From the IMG/VR virus record IMGVR_UViG_3300021255_000111: a DNA stretch of 20,000 nucleotides. One strand, given 5' to 3'. Of this stretch, positions 9,528 through 15,713 are shown one piece after another. Under the pieces are notes generated by a model. It worked only from the letters and a program-made list of their open reading frames with translations, had not been told where the DNA came from and made no database searches. How positions within the stretch are numbered: position 1 is the stretch's first letter; every line of letters starts with the position of its first letter. The DNA comes from an uncultured virus (IMG/VR IMGVR_UViG_3300021255_000111) (lineage: Duplodnaviria > Heunggongvirae > Uroviricota > Caudoviricetes). Both the position numbers and the translations under genes were made by a program.

Positions 9528-10784
9528 ATGAATGAGAATCAGTTTTCCTCACAGAGGACACATACCAGAGTAAAGTTTGAGCCGCTGACTACCAGTTGTC
9601 AGTTGGTGTGCATCACGCCTCAATCGCCAACCACCCAGAGCATAAACGTTCTGAGCGGTTCGCCTCAGTACGAGCCTAACAGGTCTCTGACACCTACTGT
9701 TGTTTTCCCAGATGTACGTGCCATGGACCCAGACAACATCTTTCATCACGGCCCTGCGAACGTCTATCTGTCTCTTGATTCCCTGCAATGGTTTGTCGAT
9801 GACGCTCCGATAGCGGACGTATGGACTGCCGGTACAGACTATGAGATAGACACTACAGAGGCAGACACCAGAGGCTCTTTGAAGGTCAAGAAAAACCTCC
9901 CTGCATCCAGTAAGGCAGTGCTCCGCTTCAAGGGCAGTTTCCTCGACTGGCGTACAGGAACTATCTATAATGTTGAGAGTGACGATATGGCTCTCACCTG
10001 CACAGACAAAGGCAGCGATTCTCTGTCATGCTCCGTAGACAAGCCGAATATTGAGTACGACCCATTGTTTGATGACCTGTTGCTGTATGACTACAAGGTT
10101 GCGAGAGGTATCACCGTGCAAGGCTCCAGAGCGGACTACGTCAATGGTAAGTGCTATGAGCAGAGCGTGAACGTTATCCTCGTCTCTGGTACATCGCAAC
10201 TGAACAGCCTGCCTGCAGGAATGACCATGCGTGTGGTGCGCTTCGGACAGTCAACGGCTCTCGTTCCACTGTCTGAGACCTCTCCAGAACTGATGGCCGC
10301 TACTTTCCCAACCATCAAGTTTGACATGCGAATGATTGACAAGGGAGAGTACGAGGTACAGTTTGTCAAGGACGGCAATGTTGTTGCCAAGGCCACCATC
10401 GGACTTCATACCTCCACAACCATGCCGAACTTCGGCAAGCCGTTGAGGAACGCTGACATATCACCATCCCAGAAGGCATACGTCAACAGCGTTATCCTCA
10501 ATCTGGAGGACAGGCTTGTGGAATATCCAGAGTGCTACTATCTGATAGAATGGTTCACACAGGCCAAGTATAACGATAACGGCACATGGAAGTATGCCGC
10601 TGAAAAGACATGGCAGAGAGGCGAACACCTCCTTGCCGCCATCGAAGGACTTGACATCGGCCTAACGGTCAATGACAGTTTCTTCGACCTCTGGTTTAAC
10701 GTAGATGCCCACCCTGCACGTCAACTTCTGACGAATGAGAATGGAGAGGTGCTTTCATGTAATGGCGAACCACTAATAGGATAA
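9528..10784 (+). CDS. Putative virion structural protein (tail tip/baseplate)
   Basis: 418-aa beta-rich ORF, coupled to the previous gene by TAA-GAT-ATG, within the tail module. Confidence 0.6.
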   Translation: MNENQFSSQRTHTRVKFEPLTTSCQLVCITPQSPTTQSINVLSGSPQYEPNRSLTPTVVFPDVRAMDPDNIFHHGPANVYLSLDSLQWFVDDAPIADVWTAGTDYEIDTTEADTRGSLKVKKNLPASSKAVLRFKGSFLDWRTGTIYNVESDDMALTCTDKGSDSLSCSVDKPNIEYDPLFDDLLLYDYKVARGITVQGSRADYVNGKCYEQSVNVILVSGTSQLNSLPAGMTMRVVRFGQSTALVPLSETSPELMAATFPTIKFDMRMIDKGEYEVQFVKDGNVVAKATIGLHTSTTMPNFGKPLRNADISPSQKAYVNSVILNLEDRLVEYPECYYLIEWFTQAKYNDNGTWKYAAEKTWQRGEHLLAAIEGLDIGLTVNDSFFDLWFNVDAHPARQLLTNENGEVLSCNGEPLIG

Positions 10785-10787
10785 GAT

Positions 10788-10997
10788 ATGTTGTATTCAA
10801 TTATTGATACCAAGAAAGGAGAGGCGCACGGCATCGTTCCACGCCTCCACATACTCTGCGACAAAGGAACGAAGATGATTGTCAATGAGAACGAGTTGCG
10901 TACTGTCAACCAAGATATAGATGCTGCGGCTGAAATGCTTGGCGGCACAGTGATGACAGAAGGAGAGATTATCAATGAAACAAAGAAACTGAAATAA
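10788..10997 (+). CDS. Small hypothetical phage protein
   Basis: 69 aa. Fills the gap between two genes exactly and has the same TAA-GAT-ATG start context as its neighbours. Confidence 0.65.
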   Translation: MLYSIIDTKKGEAHGIVPRLHILCDKGTKMIVNENELRTVNQDIDAAAEMLGGTVMTEGEIINETKKLK

Positions 10998-11003
10998 AAG
11001 ATT

Positions 11004-12041
11004 ATGAGTAAGACAGCAGGTGCGGCTTTCTCCGTCCGCTTCCTTCGTAACGGAGACCAAGTATATGTTACTCGTGACATTCTTCTGAGTAGCGGAGTAG
11101 GTGCCGCATTGTTCCAAGTCGTAGATCCGACAAGCGGTACAGTTGCTCCAGACTGGACGGTAGCGGCCAATCAGCCTATCATCCGTCTTGGTGTGCGCTC
11201 TTCTGCAGGTTATGATGCAGAGATAACAGGTGTGACATGGGCCTATGCAGGAACCACCCTCAACTTCACGTTGGACGGCTCTACATGGGTGACGGCTACA
11301 AACAACAGCAAGTTCCAAGCCAGAATCAATGGCCACTACTACGAACTGAAGATTGTCGGCAACCTCGCCAGTAAGACAGAGGTAGCGAACAAGCAGATTT
11401 CGTATGAGGTCAACTATATCAGCAACGCCATGACCGATAAGGTCAACGGTAGTGTTGATGTTCTTATCCAGACCTCTGGTTCTGATAGCCACATCATGCA
11501 GATAACCACGAACAGGGTTGAACTGGATATTACACACGACACGGCAACACTGACTGCCGTTGGCTACTATGGCACTGAGCCTGTCACTATCGGCTCTAAC
11601 GGCTATACCATCAAGTGGTACCAAGACGGCACAGAGATTGTCGGCCAGACATCGAACACGCTAACCGTCACAAGGGCTATGGTGGAAGGTGGCAGTATCT
11701 TCATCGCCAAACTGTTCCTCAACGGCAATGCTGTTGCACAGGACAGTCAGCGTATCAACGATATTGCCGATGAGTACCAAGTTGCCTACGCTCCCACGAG
11801 TGCAGGAAGTAACTACTGCGGCATAGGCCATAATGCCGTATATACCCTCTCAGTAACCAGAAACGGCAACCCCTTCTCTGGCTCAGTGTCATACGAGTGG
11901 CAGATACTCAACGCTGTTGGGGAGTTGAAGGGCAGTGGTACTGGCCAGACCGTCACCATCACTCCAGACCACTGCTTGGTAGGCAATGGCGAAGGTGCGT
12001 ACCATGCCGATGCTGATGTTCAAGTAACTGCAACATTCTAA
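11004..12041 (+). CDS. Putative structural protein with Ig-like beta-sandwich repeats
   Basis: 345 aa, rich in Thr/Val/Gly/Asn. Ig/PKD-like motifs YTIKWYQDG..I.G..SNTLTVT and SYEWQI.......G.G.TVTIT. Confidence 0.6.
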   Translation: MSKTAGAAFSVRFLRNGDQVYVTRDILLSSGVGAALFQVVDPTSGTVAPDWTVAANQPIIRLGVRSSAGYDAEITGVTWAYAGTTLNFTLDGSTWVTATNNSKFQARINGHYYELKIVGNLASKTEVANKQISYEVNYISNAMTDKVNGSVDVLIQTSGSDSHIMQITTNRVELDITHDTATLTAVGYYGTEPVTIGSNGYTIKWYQDGTEIVGQTSNTLTVTRAMVEGGSIFIAKLFLNGNAVAQDSQRINDIADEYQVAYAPTSAGSNYCGIGHNAVYTLSVTRNGNPFSGSVSYEWQILNAVGELKGSGTGQTVTITPDHCLVGNGEGAYHADADVQVTATF

Positions 12042-12053
12042 CCATATAAAGAT

Positions 12054-13394
12054 ATGAAAGATATTACAAATTCCCCTTTCGTACACTCAATGAGTGACAG
12101 CAACTCCATCTTTGGTAACTTTGGCGGTGCTGTTGGTCAGATGACCATCAAGGAGTTCCGTGAGCACCTCAACGACAATGATGAGGAAGTGTTGAATAAT
12201 CTGGCGTTCTACATTGATGTGAACAAGCCATCAAGCCTTGGCTCTTCGAGAGTTGACGTTGGTGGCAACCTTCACATGAGAGCACTCTGGGAGGCCTCTG
12301 CCGTCTCAGTCATCATGGATGCCAATGGTAACGCCTGCAAGTTGAAGCGTAACGACAACCGCTTCACAGAGGATGGCGTTTCCCTGCTGAACAGTGATGG
12401 CACAGTTATCTCCACCTATGCCAAGTGTGACTTCATGAAGATAGTGCCTATCACCTATGGCCGAGTACAGACAGTTACAGTAGGAGCGACCTCTGTACAG
12501 CGTTTGTGGCTCTCTCTCGTACCACTGCCTGGCGGTCACATCATTCCGCAATTGGTGGTAGGTAAGTTCAAGTGCAGCATCGTTGACGGCAAGTTACGCT
12601 CGTTGCCCGGTATGGTGACAGCTGATTCACGTACAGTACGAGGCTTTTGGGAACTGGCACAGGCACGTTCCAAGAACCACGGCTTGGCCAATCTGGATTT
12701 CCAGAACTACCTCCTGTTCCACATGATGTCGAAGTACGCTTGGAGAGACAGCCAGAACTGTAAAGGCTCTGACAACACCCTCATCTGGGGTGTAGGCCTC
12801 GATGGCACAGAGAGCCATGGTAGCGATAAGTTTGCAGACCAGAGAAATATCAAGACTGGTGCCGTGCTGTCTCTCGGTGACTATGATGGCAATGTTCCTG
12901 TTACCGACAACAACGGTGATACCGTCCATAGCGTCAATGTAGCAGGATTCGCAGACCCTTGGGGTCAGAAATGGGAAATGCGTGGCGGTCTGTGCTCTGT
13001 AGGCTTAGATGTCTATTGTTGGCGCAGTAACATCGTTCCCTCTGGTACTCCTACAGCGGACACCTTCGCAAACATCGAGCATGTTAAGCTGACACGTCCT
13101 ACAAGTGCTGTATGGGCTATGAACATTATTGCCTCAGAAGAGGGCCAAGGTGTCTATATGATTCCGAAGCAATCTATCTCTGGTATCTCTTATGGTGATA
13201 ACTTCTGGTATGCTGATGCAGGTCAGCTGTGGCTCTTTGGCGGTCTCTCGAGCATCGGTGCGTATTGCGGTCTCGCTTCTGCGACCTCGGTCCCCGCTTG
13301 GTCGTCCTCGTACTCGTACCTCTCGGCTCGCCTTGCTTACTATGGAAATATCAATTTTGTGTCTGCTCAACGGCTTGCTGAACTCGCTGCCTAA
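12054..13394 (+). CDS. DGR target protein, CLec/FGE-fold (Mtd-like), putative receptor-binding protein
   Basis: 446 aa. Contains VGKFKCS....KLRSLPG and GFADPWGQKWEMRGG (a variant of the G..N.WGN.WEW.DG CLec motif). The C-terminal VR LWLFGG...G..CGL.....AWS......SARL matches the TR. Confidence 0.9.
   Translation: MKDITNSPFVHSMSDSNSIFGNFGGAVGQMTIKEFREHLNDNDEEVLNNLAFYIDVNKPSSLGSSRVDVGGNLHMRALWEASAVSVIMDANGNACKLKRNDNRFTEDGVSLLNSDGTVISTYAKCDFMKIVPITYGRVQTVTVGATSVQRLWLSLVPLPGGHIIPQLVVGKFKCSIVDGKLRSLPGMVTADSRTVRGFWELAQARSKNHGLANLDFQNYLLFHMMSKYAWRDSQNCKGSDNTLIWGVGLDGTESHGSDKFADQRNIKTGAVLSLGDYDGNVPVTDNNGDTVHSVNVAGFADPWGQKWEMRGGLCSVGLDVYCWRSNIVPSGTPTADTFANIEHVKLTRPTSAVWAMNIIASEEGQGVYMIPKQSISGISYGDNFWYADAGQLWLFGGLSSIGAYCGLASATSVPAWSSSYSYLSARLAYYGNINFVSAQRLAELAA
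13224..13337 (+). repeat. DGR variable repeat (VR)
   Basis: 114-bp ungapped alignment to 13521-13634 (offset 297). There are 19 mismatches, each opposite an A in the TR. Covers codons 391-428 of the target. Confidence 0.97.
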
Positions 13395-13417
13395 GCAACC
13401 TGCCCCAAGCAGGTTGC
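13395..13417 (+). promoter_or_regulatory. Hairpin/cruciform downstream of VR (putative DGR target-recognition element)
   Basis: GCAACCTGC-cccaa-GCAGGTTGC, a perfect 9-bp stem with a 5-nt loop, immediately after the target stop codon. No U-tract follows. Confidence 0.7.
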
Positions 13418-13520
13418 AAGCGGACCTAAACGAAAATAAACGATAAATAGAAGGTAATCTGAAATAACATCAACAAACAAAAAACCATTCATTTCTCCGA
13501 TGGTAGGTAGACAGGTATTG

Positions 13521-13634
13521 AAGCTGTGGCTCTTTGGCGGTAACTCGAACAACGGTGCGAATTGCGGTCTCGCTTATGCGAACTCGAACAACGCTTGGTC
13601 GAACTCGAACTCGAACATCTCGGCTCGCCTAACT
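13521..13634 (+). ncRNA. DGR template repeat (TR)
   Basis: Contains 10 AAY triplets in the target frame (9 AAC, 1 AAT). All 23 invariant codons are free of adenine. Lies 213 nt upstream of the RT start. Confidence 0.95.
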
Positions 13635-13847
13635 ACGTTATGCAAGAAAACAATTAGGGTGTTAGTACTGCGTCATGGGAAAGCACCCGAGTACCTGGAG
13701 CCTCGGCAGCGTGTGCGTATGTATAGCACGTGTTTGGTCGGAACAACATTCACCTTGCGCAGTGTACGGTCAGCCGTCCTGCCCGTGGTGTTAGTAAGCC
13801 AGAAATGGATTTGAACGCTTCACATAGAAACGATAGCAAGAGACAGA

Positions 13848-15284
13848 ATGAAGAGAACTGGTTACGTATATGAGCAGATGGCCGTCTGGGAAAACATCGT
13901 TGAGGCTGAAAAGGTCTCTACCAGACGTAAGATGCGGAATCCCGGTGTGCTGCGTCATGTCGGGAACAGATGGAGTAACCTCGTTGAGATACAGCAGATG
14001 GTCTTGGAAGGCAGAATGCGCACTGATGAATATCAGCATGAGAAGCGTATCAGCGGACAGGACAAATTGCGTGACATAGCGAAGTTGCATTTCCATCCCT
14101 CCCACATCGAACACCAACTGCTGACGATGGCCGGTGACAGGAGAATTGACAGGACGTTCATACGACATACATACGCAAGTCGTAAGGGATATGGCCAGAT
14201 AGCATGTGCGTTGCAAATCAAGAAACTCACCAGAAAGTACAGGGGTGTTGTACGTTGGTACGGACAGGGTGATATTTGCAAGTATTACGATAACATTCAG
14301 CACTGCTTTATCCGAAAGGATCTGGAACGCCTGTTCAAAGACAAGAAGTTTGTTGATGCCTTCATGGAGCCGTTTGAGCGGTTCTCGAAGGATGGGAAAG
14401 GAATACCCCTCGGCATCCGTCCGAGCCAGAGCATAGGCAATCTGGAACTGTCAGAGTTCGACCACTTTATGTTGGAAGAGAACAAGGCAGAGGACTACAA
14501 GCGTTATCTTGATGATTTCCTCTTCACAGGAGCCACCAAAGGAGAGGTAAAGAGGAAGATGAAGCGTGCCGCCAAATTCCTCGCCAAACGAGGATTGAAG
14601 TTGCACGTTCCCAAGATACACCGCATCGAGGAAGGTATTGACATGATGGGCTTTGTCTACTATGGTGTCAAGAATGACATGTTCTTGCGCAAGTCAGACA
14701 AGAAGCGTTGGCTGAAGCACCGTAGCAGGGTGACCAACAAGAAGCGTATCAAAGAACTTGATGATGCCGCTTGGGGTCTTGTCAAATGGGGCAACAGCCA
14801 CTGCAAACGCCTATGGTGTAAGGTTACTGGAAATGAATTACCAAGACGCAAGGATATGGGAGTAAAGATTAACAAGACTGGCATCAAGCGTACTGAGCAT
14901 ACCGATGCCAAAGGTATTCCATTCATCGAGGAACCCAAGATAGGCATGGAAATGCTCATCAAGAACGGCAGGGCTGTGGAGTGTGACCGTTGGCTGAAAG
15001 GCATCAAGACATCGCACGGAGAAGGTCGCTATGCCCTTCGCATCCGTTTTATGGGAGAGTGGTATAAACTTATTGTCAATGCCACGGAAATAAAGAACTT
15101 CCTGGATGATATGGAGCGTAACAAGGTTTCTCGCCTTATGATAGCCTTCAAGGATGACGGCAGCAGACACTACTCCGTCAATGATGAACTGACAGAGATT
15201 CTGGAGGTCGATGGCCGCAAGGTCACTGAGCGGAACGGAAAGGCTGTCTTTGAGGACACTGGAGAAGAAGTATTATTTCAATAA
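13848..15284 (+). CDS. DGR reverse transcriptase with C-terminal extension
   Basis: 478 aa. Motifs YASRKGYG, GDICKYYDNI, GIPLGIRPSQ (DGR-type LGxxxSQ), RYLDDF (YLDD at 14505-14516), GIDMMGFV and the thumb-end WGLVKWGNS. About 142 extra residues follow. Confidence 0.95.
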   Translation: MKRTGYVYEQMAVWENIVEAEKVSTRRKMRNPGVLRHVGNRWSNLVEIQQMVLEGRMRTDEYQHEKRISGQDKLRDIAKLHFHPSHIEHQLLTMAGDRRIDRTFIRHTYASRKGYGQIACALQIKKLTRKYRGVVRWYGQGDICKYYDNIQHCFIRKDLERLFKDKKFVDAFMEPFERFSKDGKGIPLGIRPSQSIGNLELSEFDHFMLEENKAEDYKRYLDDFLFTGATKGEVKRKMKRAAKFLAKRGLKLHVPKIHRIEEGIDMMGFVYYGVKNDMFLRKSDKKRWLKHRSRVTNKKRIKELDDAAWGLVKWGNSHCKRLWCKVTGNELPRRKDMGVKINKTGIKRTEHTDAKGIPFIEEPKIGMEMLIKNGRAVECDRWLKGIKTSHGEGRYALRIRFMGEWYKLIVNATEIKNFLDDMERNKVSRLMIAFKDDGSRHYSVNDELTEILEVDGRKVTERNGKAVFEDTGEEVLFQ

Positions 15285-15304
15285 CCATCTAAACGAAATG
15301 AATT

Positions 15305-15703
15305 ATGATTACAGGTATTTTACAGAGACGTTGGCAGGTTACTCAGCCTGCGGTGTATGACAAAGAGACACGTATCGTTTGTCTTGACATCACTCCAGAG
15401 GTGCAGAAGGATGCGGACGGTAATGACCAGAACGGCTATTCCTTCATTCCTGTTGAGATTGACAGTCAGATAGACTACGGACACATCAAGTCTCAGCTGA
15501 TAGAGGCAGGCTTCGCACAGAAGGATGAGTTCGGCCTACTGATGAACACTGTCGACAACCTTGTTGAGGCTGTTGCAGGAGCAAGCAGTTGGGCCAAGTT
15601 CAAGGAAGCCCTTGACAACGATGTTATCCTCAAGTTCGGTGAGTTCTGTGCATTCAGAAACATGTGCGCAGAAGCCGCCCATGAAGTAATGACACACTAT
15701 TAA
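15305..15703 (+). CDS. Hypothetical phage protein (acidic, not Avd-like)
   Basis: 132-aa ORF between the RT and the tail fibre gene, with an A-rich leader and a helical-looking C-terminal half. Confidence 0.75.
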   Translation: MITGILQRRWQVTQPAVYDKETRIVCLDITPEVQKDADGNDQNGYSFIPVEIDSQIDYGHIKSQLIEAGFAQKDEFGLLMNTVDNLVEAVAGASSWAKFKEALDNDVILKFGEFCAFRNMCAEAAHEVMTHY

Positions 15704-15713
15704 GAATTAGGCT

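Larger units (their letters stand above)
12054..15284 (+). mobile_element. Diversity-generating retroelement cassette (target-VR, hairpin, TR, spacer, RT)
   Basis: Adenine-specific VR/TR pair with an adjacent DGR-type reverse transcriptase. Confidence 0.95.

Noticed and set aside
13542..13616. Short tandem AACTCG repeats as a microsatellite or CRISPR
   Set aside because: They are the Asn-Ser codon pattern of the DGR template repeat, with no repeat-spacer architecture.
13500..13814. 104-aa ORF overlapping TR, in frame with RT and separated from it by one TGA
   Set aside because: The openness is explained by TR being a copy of coding VR sequence. The rest is the structured spacer. No gene in the window needs TGA read-through, and the RT has its own typical MKR.G start.
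13848..15284. RT as a group II intron or retron enzyme
   Set aside because: It has LGxxxSQ rather than the QGxxxSP motif, no retron VTG motif is evident, and an adenine-specific TR/VR pair is adjacent.
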